From positions 13,169 through 77,168 of the forward strand of contig CAZYSP010000001.1 in assembly GCA_964650285.1 (NCBI GenBank): a stretch of DNA of 64,000 bases, written 5' to 3'. Below the pieces are notes generated by a model. That model ran no database searches. It saw nothing but the letters and a program-made list of their open reading frames with translations, and was not told the origin of the DNA. The stretch comes from an uncultured Methanosarcinales archaeon (GTDB taxonomy: Archaea; Nanobdellota; Nanobdellia; Woesearchaeales; GW2011-AR4). The position numbers and the translations under genes were made by a program. Positions 28,444-38,794 of this stretch are shown here, piece by piece. Position 1 is the first letter of the stretch; every line of letters starts with the position of its first letter.

Positions 28444-28589
28444 AAAAACATCAATAGCGACGCAAAACCAACGATTATTTAATAATAATATTTCAATGTT
28501 AAAAAGATATTATGTATAAAATAAAATAATGAGTTAACAAATAATTGTGAATCATAAGATAAAAATTCAATGAATAAAAAATAAATAAA
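28444..28589 (+). repeat. Conserved intergenic element with GC cores (M-c/M-d copy 1): ...CATCAATAGCGACGCAAAACC...AAAATAAAATAATGAGTTAACAAATAATTGTGAATCATAAGATAAAAATTCAATG...
   Basis: Near-identical blocks recur at 40345..40478 and 60294..60420, each running up to the start codon of a + strand gene. Confidence 0.6.
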
Positions 28590-29717
28590 ATGATAACATC
28601 ACAAAAAATAAAACAAATATTGGAAAATTATGATAAAAACAATATAACTATTGGGACTCTTGGAGGTCATTCTGCTCTTGATATTTGCAGGGGTGCAAAG
28701 CTGCATGGCTTTAAGACAGTAGCTGTTTGTCAACGAGGTAGGGAGAAAACATATGAAAAATATTACAGGACAAGGGGTGGTAAGGGAATAATTGATGAAA
28801 TTATTTTGGTTGATAAGTTTAAGGATATTGTCAAAAAGGATGTTCAGAAGAAGTTAAGAAGCTTGAATACAATTTTTATACACAATAGATATTTCTGGGT
28901 TTACTGCAATTTTAAGGAAATTGAGAATAAGTTTTTAGTTCCTATATTTGGTACAAGGGACATGGTAAAATTGGAAGAAAGGGATGTTCCAAAAAACCAG
29001 TATTATATGCTGCAGAAAGCTGGAATAAGGATTCCGAAAATTTTCAAGAATCCAAAACAAATAGACAGATTAGTTATTGTAAAAGTAGCAGAAGCTGCCA
29101 GAGGTTATGAAAGGGCATTCTTCTTTTGCACTAATTATAAAGGGTATTTAGAAAAATCAAAAGAACTTTTAGGGAAAAAAATAATAACAAAACAGGCACT
29201 TAAAAAAGCTGTTATTGAGGAGTATATTGTAGGAGCCCAGGTTAATTTTAATTATTTTTACAGTGCTTTGGATAATGAACTGGAATTAATGGGTACTGAT
29301 ACAAGAAGACAAACAAATTTGGATGGAATTTTAAGGTTACCAGCAACAGAGCAACTGGAAATTCTGAAATATTTAAAGCCAAAATTGATAGAGACAGGTC
29401 ATATTGCTGTTACAACAAAAGAGAGTATTTTAGAAAAAATATTTGATATTGGGGAAAAATTTGTTGCTGCAACTAAGAAATTGCATCAGCCTGGAATTAT
29501 AGGACCATTTGCACTGCAAGGTGCTGTAGTTGCAGAGAAAGGCAAGGAAGATATTGTAATATTTGATGTTTCTATGAGGATTCCTGGAAGTCCTGGAACT
29601 ATGTTTACACCGTACTCTGCTTATTTATACCACGAGCCAATTTCATATGGGGAAAGGGTTGCTATGGAAATAAGAAAAGCAGCAGATGATGATAAATTAG
29701 ACCTAATATGTACCTAA
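28590..29717 (+). CDS. PurP-family ATP-grasp enzyme, paralog 2 (FAICAR synthetase-like)
   Basis: 'ITIGTLGGHSALDICRGAKLHGFKTVAVC' is homologous to paralog 1 throughout. 375 aa. Confidence 0.75.
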   Translation: MITSQKIKQILENYDKNNITIGTLGGHSALDICRGAKLHGFKTVAVCQRGREKTYEKYYRTRGGKGIIDEIILVDKFKDIVKKDVQKKLRSLNTIFIHNRYFWVYCNFKEIENKFLVPIFGTRDMVKLEERDVPKNQYYMLQKAGIRIPKIFKNPKQIDRLVIVKVAEAARGYERAFFFCTNYKGYLEKSKELLGKKIITKQALKKAVIEEYIVGAQVNFNYFYSALDNELELMGTDTRRQTNLDGILRLPATEQLEILKYLKPKLIETGHIAVTTKESILEKIFDIGEKFVAATKKLHQPGIIGPFALQGAVVAEKGKEDIVIFDVSMRIPGSPGTMFTPYSAYLYHEPISYGERVAMEIRKAADDDKLDLICT

Positions 29718-29799
29718 AATGATTAAAGTATGTAAATTAAGTTTTAATATGGCTTTATATAATTTAAACCTACGAAATCATTAATATTAAAAATTTAAA

Positions 29800-31335
29800 A
29801 TGACTCAGATAATTGTTATTAATTTTGGATCACAAGTAGCACACTTAATAAATAGAAGAATCAGGGAATTAGGGGTTTTCTCAGAATTAGTGCCTTACAA
29901 TATAACTGCTGAAAAAATTAAAAAATTAAAACCAAAAGGGATTATTCTGTCAGGGGGTCCTGCATCGGTTTATGAAAAAAATTCTCCGCAAATTGATAAA
30001 AAAATCTTTTTATTAGGGATTCCTATCCTTGGTATTTGTTATGGCCTGCAACTTATAGGGAAAAATTATGGAAAAGTCTTGCCTGGGAAATTGAAGGAAT
30101 ACGGTAAAAGGAAATTGAAAGTTAAAAAGCAAGGAAAGTTGTTGAAAAAATTAAACAAAAAAGAGCAAATTTGGATGTCGCATGGCGACCTAGTTGCTTC
30201 ATTGCCAAAGGATTTTGAAATTTTAGGAAATACAGATACATGTAAAATAGCGGCTATGGAAAATAACAAAGCAAAGCTTTATGGCGTTCAGTTTCATCCA
30301 GAGGTCGTACATACTCCAAAGGGCATGCAGATTCTGAAAAATTTTGTTTTTGATATTTGCAAAGCAAAAAAGGACTGGAGTATTGATTTGGCATCAAAAC
30401 TGATTGGGGATGTTAAAAAAACTGTAGGGGGTAATGCTGTGATAATGGGAACTTCTGGCGGTGTTGACAGTACTGTTGCAGCTACATTAATTCATAAAGC
30501 AATTGGAAAGCGGTTATATTGTGTTTTCATTGATCATGGACTGATAAGAAAAAATGAAGCGAAAATAGTTATGGATAGGTTCAAAAAATTGAAATTTGAA
30601 AATGTGTATTTTGTAGATTCCAGCAGTGTTTTTTTGAATAAATTGAAAGGTGTTGTGGATCCTGAGGAAAAGAGAAAGATTATTGGACATACTTTTATTG
30701 AGGTTTTTGAAAAAAAGGTTTTGGAACTTGAGAAAAGGCATAAGGACATTAAATTTCTTGGGCAGGGGACTATTTATCCTGATAGAATTGAATCAGCGCA
30801 GCCAAGTAAGGAGGCTTCTAAGATAAAGAGTCATCATAATGTAACTTTACCAAAGAAAATGAAGCTAAAAATTATTGAGCCGTTGAAAGATTTGTATAAA
30901 GATGAGGTAAGGAAATTAGGCAAGGAACTAAAACTTCCCAGAGAAATTTTATACAGGCATCCATTTCCAGGTCCTGGATTGGCAATAAGAATTTTAGGAG
31001 ATGCAACAAAAGAAAGATTAGAGATTTTAAGAGATGCTGATCATATTTTTATGCAAGAATTAAAAAAATCTGGATGTTATGACAAGGTTTGGCAGGCTCT
31101 TGCAGCTTTGTTTCCAATAAAGGCAGTTGGTGTAAAAGGAGATGCAAGAACTTATGAGTATATAATAAGCTTAAGGGCTGTAACTTCAAAAGATGCAATG
31201 ACAGCAGACTGGGCAAAACTCCCTAACTCACTTCTAGAAAGAATTTCCTCAAGAATTTTGAATGAAGTCAAAGGTGTTAATAGAGTTGTTTATGACATTA
31301 GTCAGAAGCCACCTGCTACGATTGAGTATGAGTAA
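29800..31335 (+). CDS. guaA: GMP synthase, fused GATase + ATP-pyrophosphatase (bacterial-type single polypeptide)
   Basis: GATase 'GICYGLQL...HPEVVHT', PP-loop 'GTSGGVDSTV', and a C-terminal dimerisation domain ending 'PPATIEYE'. Confidence 0.9.
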   Translation: MTQIIVINFGSQVAHLINRRIRELGVFSELVPYNITAEKIKKLKPKGIILSGGPASVYEKNSPQIDKKIFLLGIPILGICYGLQLIGKNYGKVLPGKLKEYGKRKLKVKKQGKLLKKLNKKEQIWMSHGDLVASLPKDFEILGNTDTCKIAAMENNKAKLYGVQFHPEVVHTPKGMQILKNFVFDICKAKKDWSIDLASKLIGDVKKTVGGNAVIMGTSGGVDSTVAATLIHKAIGKRLYCVFIDHGLIRKNEAKIVMDRFKKLKFENVYFVDSSSVFLNKLKGVVDPEEKRKIIGHTFIEVFEKKVLELEKRHKDIKFLGQGTIYPDRIESAQPSKEASKIKSHHNVTLPKKMKLKIIEPLKDLYKDEVRKLGKELKLPREILYRHPFPGPGLAIRILGDATKERLEILRDADHIFMQELKKSGCYDKVWQALAALFPIKAVGVKGDARTYEYIISLRAVTSKDAMTADWAKLPNSLLERISSRILNEVKGVNRVVYDISQKPPATIEYE

Positions 31336-31343
31336 TAAGAGGT

Positions 31344-32777
31344 TTATTTTTCTTCCCACTTCAATATTGGTTTGCGAGCAGCAAGTACTGCATCTAATCT
31401 TTTTACAGGGGTTGTGGAAGGGGCGTTTTTTAGTAAATCGGGGTTTTGTTCTGCTTCCTGCTTTATTTTTATCATTGCTTCTGCAAATTTATCCATGGTT
31501 TGTTTTGACTCTGTTTCTGTTGGCTCTATCATTATTGCTCCATGGATAATTAATGGGAAGTAGATTGTTGGAGCATGAAAGCCGTAGTCCAATAAGCGCT
31601 TTGCAATATCTATTGTTGTTATGTTATTTGGCATGTTTTTGTCAGATAATACAAATTCATGCTTGCAGATAGTATCGTAGGGAAGATCGTAATGTTTTTT
31701 TAGCTTTGACATAAGGTAATTTGCATTCAGTACAGCGTTTTCTGCTACTTGTCTTAGACCTTCTGCACCGAGAGATTTAATATATGTATAGGCTTTTACT
31801 AAAACATTGAAGTTTCCATAAAAAACCCTAACCTGGCCAATGGAATTTTTTAAATTATAATCGAGGTAATAATTATCATTTTTCTTATTAATTAATGGTG
31901 TAGGTAAGTAATCTACTAATTCTTTAATGACGCCTACTGGACCTGAGCCTGGACCACCGCAGCCATGAGGGGTGGAAAAGGTTTTATGCAGATTAAGATG
32001 AACAATATCAAAACCCATGTCTGCAATCTTTACAATTCCGAGTATTGCATTAGCATTAGCGCCATCACAGTAGAATAATGAGCCATTGTCGTGCAGGATT
32101 CTTGCTATTTCCAGGATGTTTTTGTCAAATATACCTAAAGTATTTGGGTTTGTTAACATTAATCCTGCAACATCCTTAGTCATGTGTTTCTTTAAATCTT
32201 CTAAATCAATAATACCTTCATTGTTTGATTTGATTTGTATGGCTTCAAATTCACATAAAGCTGCAGAAGCAGGATTTGTTCCATGAGCTGAGTCAGGGAT
32301 TAGAATTTTGTTTCTTTTTTCATTTTTTATTTCAAAATATTTTTTTATGATCATTACTCCTGTAAGCTCGCCATGTGAGCCAGCTGCTGGTTGTAAAGTA
32401 AACCTTTGCATGCCAGTAATTTCGCACAAATCTTTTTCTAATTCATAAATAAGTTGTAAAGCACCCTGATTTAATTCCGGGGCAAGAGGATGTATCGCAG
32501 TAAATCCTGGAAGTTTTGCTATATCCTCATTTATTTTAGGATTGTACTTCATTGTGCATGAGCCTAGAGGATAAAATCCATCATCAACTCCAAAATTTCT
32601 TTTTGATAATTCTGTATAATGCCTGACTACATCAACTTCAGAAAGTTCTGGAAGCTCTAATTCAGTTCTAAGCAAAGATTTTGGTATTAAATCTGCTTTT
32701 TCTGGTACATCTAATTCTGGAAGCTCAACTCCTGTTCTTCCTTTTGATGTTTTTTCAAAAATTAATTTCATTTTCAA
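31344..32777 (-). CDS. gcvPB: Glycine dehydrogenase (decarboxylating) subunit 2
   Basis: PLP-lysine region '[24 protein letters not shown]'. Confidence 0.9.
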   Translation of the reverse strand: MKMKLIFEKTSKGRTGVELPELDVPEKADLIPKSLLRTELELPELSEVDVVRHYTELSKRNFGVDDGFYPLGSCTMKYNPKINEDIAKLPGFTAIHPLAPELNQGALQLIYELEKDLCEITGMQRFTLQPAAGSHGELTGVMIIKKYFEIKNEKRNKILIPDSAHGTNPASAALCEFEAIQIKSNNEGIIDLEDLKKHMTKDVAGLMLTNPNTLGIFDKNILEIARILHDNGSLFYCDGANANAILGIVKIADMGFDIVHLNLHKTFSTPHGCGGPGSGPVGVIKELVDYLPTPLINKKNDNYYLDYNLKNSIGQVRVFYGNFNVLVKAYTYIKSLGAEGLRQVAENAVLNANYLMSKLKKHYDLPYDTICKHEFVLSDKNMPNNITTIDIAKRLLDYGFHAPTIYFPLIIHGAIMIEPTETESKQTMDKFAEAMIKIKQEAEQNPDLLKNAPSTTPVKRLDAVLAARKPILKWEEK

Positions 32778-32887
32778 TAAATTTTATTTTCAATTATTTT
32801 GTTTACAATAAATTTTTTAAATTAATCAATAATAATTATTTTTATTTCAATGATTTTTTTGTATTATATAATTAAATTAATGAAACT

Positions 32888-34210
32888 TTAATCTAACTCA
32901 TTTGACAAAACCTCAACTAATTTATCAATATCCTCTTTTGAGTGCATCTCAGTAATACATACGAGCAAGTGATTTTTTAGTTCTGGATAATATTTTCCCA
33001 AATCAAGTCCTGGAACAATATTGTTTTCCTGCATTTTTGAGATTAATTTTTCAATATCATTGCATTTTATGACAAATTCATTAAAAAATGGAGAGGTAAA
33101 AGGTGCAGCAAAATTATCAATATTTTTTATTTTTTCAAAGGTATAGTGTGCTTTTTGTAAATTAATGTTTGCTAAAGTTTTTAGCTGCTTGCCCAGCATT
33201 GAGAGATAAACTGTTGCAGCAAGAGCCATTAATGCCTGGTTGGTGCATATGTTGGAAGTTGCTTTTTCTCTTCTGATATGCTGCTCGCGGGCCTGTAAAG
33301 TCAATACAAAACCTTTTTTTCCTTCAGTATCATTAGTAATACCGACTATTCTGCCAGGAATCTTTCTCGTATGCTCTTCCTTAACAGCCATGAATCCAAA
33401 AGCAGGGCCTCCGAAGTTTAATGGAATTCCAAAAGACTGGCCGTCTCCAACAACAATATCTGCATTACCAGACTTTGATATTCCAAGAGAAGCAGCTTCA
33501 ACAATGCAAGTTACTAATAGTGATTTATTTTCATGAGTAATTTTTTCAATCTCATCCATGTTTTCTATGCAGCCAAAGAAATTAGGGTTCTGGACAATAA
33601 CTGCTGAGGTGTTATCATCAATTTCATTTTTTAAATTTTCAATATCTATGATTCCGTTATTATAATTAATCTCAACACAATTAATATTATGCATTCTACA
33701 GTATGTCTGCACAACTTTTCTGTATTCTGGATGTATTGTTTTTGGAAGGATAATTTTGTTTTTGTTTGTAATATTATGTGACATAAATACTGCTTCTGCC
33801 AGTGCTGTTGAGCCGTCATACATTGATGCGTTTGCAACATCCATTCCTGTAAGTTTACAAATGTATGTCTGAAATTCAAAAATTGATTGTAATGAGCCCT
33901 GGCTTATCTCCGGCTGGTAAGGTGTGTAAGCGGTATAGAATTCTGACCTCGATATTATATGGTCAACAACTGCTGGTATAAAATGGTTATAGCAACCAGC
34001 CCCTAAGAAATTTTTCATTAATTTGTTTTTTTTGGAAATTTTTTCAGTTTTTTTCCTTACCTCAATTTCAGATAATTTAGTTGAGATTTTTAACTGCTCT
34101 TTTGATATTAAATTTTTATCAACATCACTGAAAAGGTTTAGAATATTATCTACACCAATTTCCTTAAGCATTTCATTTTTTTCTGGTTCTGTGTTTGAGA
34201 TGTAGTCCAT
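32888..34210 (-). CDS. gcvPA: Glycine dehydrogenase (decarboxylating) subunit 1
   Basis: A typical P-protein alpha-subunit N-terminal half ('YTPYQPEISQGSLQ'). Confidence 0.9.
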   Translation of the reverse strand: MDYISNTEPEKNEMLKEIGVDNILNLFSDVDKNLISKEQLKISTKLSEIEVRKKTEKISKKNKLMKNFLGAGCYNHFIPAVVDHIISRSEFYTAYTPYQPEISQGSLQSIFEFQTYICKLTGMDVANASMYDGSTALAEAVFMSHNITNKNKIILPKTIHPEYRKVVQTYCRMHNINCVEINYNNGIIDIENLKNEIDDNTSAVIVQNPNFFGCIENMDEIEKITHENKSLLVTCIVEAASLGISKSGNADIVVGDGQSFGIPLNFGGPAFGFMAVKEEHTRKIPGRIVGITNDTEGKKGFVLTLQAREQHIRREKATSNICTNQALMALAATVYLSMLGKQLKTLANINLQKAHYTFEKIKNIDNFAAPFTSPFFNEFVIKCNDIEKLISKMQENNIVPGLDLGKYYPELKNHLLVCITEMHSKEDIDKLVEVLSNELD

Positions 34211-34593
34211 TATTCTTTCTCAATTATTTTTGTATATTCTTCAGCAGATATCATGCTGTTAAGCTCATTTTTGTCTGCAAGCTTTATTTTAAAGAGCCAT
34301 CCTTTGTTGTATGGATCATTGTTTATTATCTCAGGATGGTCTTTGAGCTGCTCATTTATCCTGATTATTTCTCCGGAAACAGGGGCAAATATGTCTGAAA
34401 CAGACTTAACGGATTCTATTGTGGCAGCTGTTTTATTTTGTGTAACAGTTTTCCCTATTTCAGGGAGCTCAACAAAAACAATGTCAGTTAAGGCATTTTG
34501 TGCAAAATCCGTAATTCCTATTGTGGCTATGTCATTTTCTATTTTTACCCATTCATGCTCTTTGGTGTATTTCAATTCTTTTGGATTCTCCAT
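34210..34593 (-). CDS. gcvH: Glycine cleavage system H protein (lipoyl carrier)
   Basis: Lipoyl-lysine motif 'ESVKSVSDIFAPVSGEI'. 127 aa. Confidence 0.9.
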   Translation of the reverse strand: MENPKELKYTKEHEWVKIENDIATIGITDFAQNALTDIVFVELPEIGKTVTQNKTAATIESVKSVSDIFAPVSGEIIRINEQLKDHPEIINNDPYNKGWLFKIKLADKNELNSMISAEEYTKIIEKE

Positions 34594-34594
34594 T

Positions 34595-35704
34595 TCATTT
34601 TCCTCCTTTATACTTGTAAAAAGGCTTTTTTACAATTACAGCATTGTAGAATTTGTCCCTTATTTTTATAGTTATTTTATTTCCAATTTGAGAATGCTCT
34701 TTTTTTATTAATGCCATACCCAATGGTTTTCTAAATGTAGGTGAGAAAGTTCCGGATGTAACATAACCTATGTTTTTATCATGCACAAAAACTTCGTAAT
34801 TTGCCCGGGGAATGCCTCTGTCAATCATTTCAAATGCAACAAGTATTTTTTCTGTTCCATACTTTATTTGTTTTTCAAGAATTGATTTACTGATAAAATC
34901 TTTTTCCAGGTTTACAGCCCAGTCTAAGCCTGATTCAATTGGAGTTATCTTCTCGCTTATCTCATGGCTGTAAAGGGGATAACATGCCTCGATCCTTAAG
35001 GTGTCTCTGGCGCCTAAACCAATAGGTTTTAATCCCTGGTCTTTTCCTACTTCCATTAATGAATTCCACATTTTTTCTGCTTCTTTTGATGAAAAATATA
35101 ATTCAAAACCATCTTCTGCAGTATAGCCTGTCCTGGAGACTAGTGTTTTTATACCTATAATATCTGCTTCAATGAAATGGAATCTTTTAGGAAGTTCTGC
35201 AGTGGTTAATTTTTTCAATATTTTTTCAGCCAAAGGTCCCTGAAGGTCCAGCTTTCCGGTTTTTTCTGATATGTTGCTTATTTCCACATTAAATTTATCT
35301 GCATGGCTTTTGATCCAATTAAAATCCTTGTCTATATTGCCTGCATTTACTACAAGCATAAACTCATTTTCTTTTAATTGGTAAACAAAAATATCGTCTA
35401 CAGTTGTGCCATTCTCATAACACATCAAAGAATACATGGCTTGTCCTGGGTATATTTTATTAAGATTGCTGACAATAAGCTTCTGGAGGAATGATATTGA
35501 ATCCGGACCCTGAATAATAAATTCTCCCATGTGGCATACATCAAACAAACCTGCTTTTTCTCTTGTTGCTGTATGCTCATCCATTACATTTGTGTAATAT
35601 ACAGGCAGGTGCCAGCTGTTAAAAGCTACCATCTTGGCTCCTAACTGCTCGTGCACATGAGCTAAAGGAGTTTTTTTTAGAGAAATTATGATTATTCCAA
35701 ACAC
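34595..35704 (-). CDS. gcvT: Glycine cleavage system T protein (aminomethyltransferase)
   Basis: 'KKTPLAHVHEQLGAKMVAFNSWHLPVYY' is the canonical GcvT N-terminus. Confidence 0.9.
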   Translation of the reverse strand: MFGIIIISLKKTPLAHVHEQLGAKMVAFNSWHLPVYYTNVMDEHTATREKAGLFDVCHMGEFIIQGPDSISFLQKLIVSNLNKIYPGQAMYSLMCYENGTTVDDIFVYQLKENEFMLVVNAGNIDKDFNWIKSHADKFNVEISNISEKTGKLDLQGPLAEKILKKLTTAELPKRFHFIEADIIGIKTLVSRTGYTAEDGFELYFSSKEAEKMWNSLMEVGKDQGLKPIGLGARDTLRIEACYPLYSHEISEKITPIESGLDWAVNLEKDFISKSILEKQIKYGTEKILVAFEMIDRGIPRANYEVFVHDKNIGYVTSGTFSPTFRKPLGMALIKKEHSQIGNKITIKIRDKFYNAVIVKKPFYKYKGGK

Positions 35705-35788
35705 CCCAGCTTTCAGAAAAGAGTTCGTTTAAATAATTTTTGAATATTATGATTGTGTTAAAAATTTCAAGAACAAATATTGTGCTTT

Positions 35789-37345
35789 TCAGCATTTAAC
35801 TGCATATGTCCTTCCATTGATGCCTTTCCTGTAGTTTTCCCATGATTTCCTAAACAGTCTTTTTCCCCACGGTGTTGGATAGTCGCAGGTAATGCAGGCT
35901 GTGCATAAATTATTTTTAGGCAGTCCTATTGCTTTTACCAGCCCTTCCACTGTCTGGTATATTAATGACTCTGCTCCTGCATCTTTTGCAATCTTCTGGC
36001 AGGTTTTTTTGCTGATATTGCTGGTAACAGGCTTTTTTTCATATTTGGGAACAAGAAGCTCAGAAACAGTTGACATATCAATGCCATAAAAACAAGGACC
36101 CCTGATAGGCGGACATGTAACTCTCAGATGAACTTCTTTTGCGCCGCCTTCTTCTTTCAGGTAGCGGACAAGCTGCATTGTTGTGCTGCCGCGGACAATG
36201 CTGTCATCGACAAGCAGGACTTTTTTTCCTCCAAGAACATTTTTTAATGCCGTATATTTGTTCTGCACTTTGTCGTGCCTTGAGCCGCCTTCTATGAAGG
36301 TTCTTCCAACATACCTGTTCCTTATAATCCCTTCCTTAGAGGGGATTCCCAGCTCATAAGCATAAGCATCTCCTGCTGCTTTTGCTGTATCCGGAACAGG
36401 AACAACAATCAGATCCTTATCTATTCTTTGAGTTTCGAGTTTTGCTAATTCCTTGCCAAGGTTTGTCCTTGCAGTATATACTGACTTATTATCCAAAACT
36501 GAACCGACATTTGAGAAGTAAACCCATTCAAACATGCAGTGAGCTTTTCTTTTGGTCTGCGTGTATTTTCTAACCTCGACCTTGCCTTTTTTGATATGTA
36601 TCATATACCCTGGCTGCAACGGCTTTATATTCTTTATTCCGCAGTTTATCAAAGCAACGCTTTCGGAAGCAACCATAAATGTATTTTTGTCTTTGCTGAA
36701 TCCATAAACAAGAGGCCTAAAGCCGTAAGGGTCTCGGGCAACAGCAATTTCTCCCTCTGCGTTTATGAAAGCAATGTTGTAACAGCCGTCAAACTTTTTT
36801 GCCAGTTCTGAGAAAACCTTAACTAAATCCGGCCTTTTATCACCCTTTAATTGTCTTGCTAAAAAATGCATTATTATCTCTGTATCATTATCATAAATCA
36901 TATGATAATCTTCTCTTTTACTCAAAAGCTCCTGTTTTAACTGTGAGAAATTCGCAAGGTTGCCGTTGAGTCCAAAAGCAAACCATTTCCATTTTCTTCC
37001 ATGATGCCTTTCAAATGGCTGTGCAACACCTACATCTTCAGTTCCGGATGTTGCATAACGTACATGCCCTATTCCTTTTTTTCCTGCATATTTTTTAAAT
37101 ATTTCAAAGCTTTTTCTCTTATTGCTTGTCTTAAAGACCTCGTTTACGTGGCCTAAGTCCTTATAAGTGGCCAGTAGCTGGGACCTGTTTGGGTTGAATG
37201 TTGTAACACCTGCACTTAATTGACCTCTGTTTTGTAAGTTCAGCATCAGTTTGTATAGGTAGAACAAGGCTTTGTTTGCGGCATCTCCATCTTGTTTGAT
37301 ATAAACAGCGCAGATGCCGCACTCGTCATGTATGTCTTCCAGCAT
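35789..37345 (-). CDS. purF: Amidophosphoribosyltransferase
   Basis: An N-terminal Ntn-type Cys after a short propeptide ('MLEDIHDE|CGI'). PRTase motif 'VLLVDDSIVRGSTT'. C-terminal 'CTACITCDYP' Fe-S Cys cluster. Confidence 0.85.
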   Translation of the reverse strand: MLEDIHDECGICAVYIKQDGDAANKALFYLYKLMLNLQNRGQLSAGVTTFNPNRSQLLATYKDLGHVNEVFKTSNKRKSFEIFKKYAGKKGIGHVRYATSGTEDVGVAQPFERHHGRKWKWFAFGLNGNLANFSQLKQELLSKREDYHMIYDNDTEIIMHFLARQLKGDKRPDLVKVFSELAKKFDGCYNIAFINAEGEIAVARDPYGFRPLVYGFSKDKNTFMVASESVALINCGIKNIKPLQPGYMIHIKKGKVEVRKYTQTKRKAHCMFEWVYFSNVGSVLDNKSVYTARTNLGKELAKLETQRIDKDLIVVPVPDTAKAAGDAYAYELGIPSKEGIIRNRYVGRTFIEGGSRHDKVQNKYTALKNVLGGKKVLLVDDSIVRGSTTMQLVRYLKEEGGAKEVHLRVTCPPIRGPCFYGIDMSTVSELLVPKYEKKPVTSNISKKTCQKIAKDAGAESLIYQTVEGLVKAIGLPKNNLCTACITCDYPTPWGKRLFRKSWENYRKGINGRTYAVKC

Positions 37346-37497
37346 TTTACCCCAACAGATTATAACGGATTGTGATTTATAAACGTTTCCCTTTTTAAAA
37401 CTTTGTTAGGTTACCCAAAAAGGCAAGATTAAGACTGAATGAAACAAAAATAATTTAAAGAAAGTTAGATAATTTATCCCATATATTGTGTGGTTTT

Positions 37498-38793
37498 ATG
37501 AATATTTTGTTAATTGGCAACGGCGCAAGAGAGCATGTAGTAGCAGAGACTCTAAAGAAAAATAAAGCTGTTAAGTTATATTCTTTTATGAAGTCAAAAA
37601 ATCCAGGGATTGCTTCTTTATCTGAAGATGTTTTGGTTGGTTCTTATTCTGATCTTGATGGTATAAAAGATTTTGCAGAGAAAAATAAAATTGATTTTGC
37701 CTTTATAGGCCCTGAAGACCCATTAAATAATGGAGTAGTTGATGCATTAAAAGACATTGGAATTGATGCTGTTGGCCCGACAAAGAGCATGGCCAGGTTA
37801 GAAACAAGTAAATCATTTACAAGAGAATTGTTAAAAAAATATGATATTGAAGGTAATATCAAGTTCAAGGTTTTTAGTAAAGCTGATGGGATAAATGGTT
37901 TTCTTGATGAAATTGATGAAGTTGTTGTAAAGCCGGATGGCTTAACTGGCGGGAAAGGAGTTAAAGTGCAGGGTGACCATTTCAATACAAAAGAAGAAGC
38001 AGCTGAATACTGCAAAGAAGTTTTAGAAAATGATTCATCTGTAATAGTTGAAGAAAAACTGGATGGAGAGGAATTTTCATTGCAATGTTTAACAGACGGG
38101 AAAACTGTTGTTGGAGCACCAGTTGCGCAGGACCATAAAAGGGTTTATGATGATGATAAAGGGCCTAATACCGGAGGCATGGGATCTTATTCCTGCGAGA
38201 ATCATTTATTGCCATTTCTTAAGAAAGAGCATGTTGATAAAGCACTGGAAATAACAAAAAAGGTTGCTGATGCTATTTATCAAGAAACAGGTTTGTATTA
38301 TAAAGGAGTTATGTATGGTGGTTTTATTTTAACAAAAGAGGGTATTAAGCTTTTGGAGTATAATGCAAGACTTGGAGATCCAGAGGCTATGAATGTTCTG
38401 CCTTTGCTTAAGACAGATTTTGCAGCTATATGCCAGGCAATAATTGTGCAGGAACTTGATAGAGTTAAGGTTGAATTTGAGAAAAAAGCTACAGTATGCA
38501 AGTATGTTGTGCCAGAAGGTTATCCTGAAAATCCAGTTAAGAATGAAAAAATAACAGTAAAAATTCCTGAAAAAACAAGAATATACTATGCATCTGTTGA
38601 CCAAAAAGAAGATGGATTATATATGACTGGCTCAAGGGCAATTGCATTTTTAGGCATTGGAAATAATTTAGATGAAGCAGAAAAGGTTGTAGAAGAGTCT
38701 GTTTGTAATGTAAAAGGCAAGGTATTTCACAGGAAAGATATTGGGACTAAGGGATTGATTGAGAAAAGGATAAAGCATGTAAAAAGTTTTTAG
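37498..38793 (+). CDS. purD: Phosphoribosylamine--glycine ligase
   Basis: 'MNILLIGNGAREH' (PurD N-terminus) and an ATP-grasp core. The ORF track begins at a TTG 4 codons upstream. Confidence 0.85.
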   Translation: MNILLIGNGAREHVVAETLKKNKAVKLYSFMKSKNPGIASLSEDVLVGSYSDLDGIKDFAEKNKIDFAFIGPEDPLNNGVVDALKDIGIDAVGPTKSMARLETSKSFTRELLKKYDIEGNIKFKVFSKADGINGFLDEIDEVVVKPDGLTGGKGVKVQGDHFNTKEEAAEYCKEVLENDSSVIVEEKLDGEEFSLQCLTDGKTVVGAPVAQDHKRVYDDDKGPNTGGMGSYSCENHLLPFLKKEHVDKALEITKKVADAIYQETGLYYKGVMYGGFILTKEGIKLLEYNARLGDPEAMNVLPLLKTDFAAICQAIIVQELDRVKVEFEKKATVCKYVVPEGYPENPVKNEKITVKIPEKTRIYYASVDQKEDGLYMTGSRAIAFLGIGNNLDEAEKVVEESVCNVKGKVFHRKDIGTKGLIEKRIKHVKSF

Positions 38794-38794
38794 G

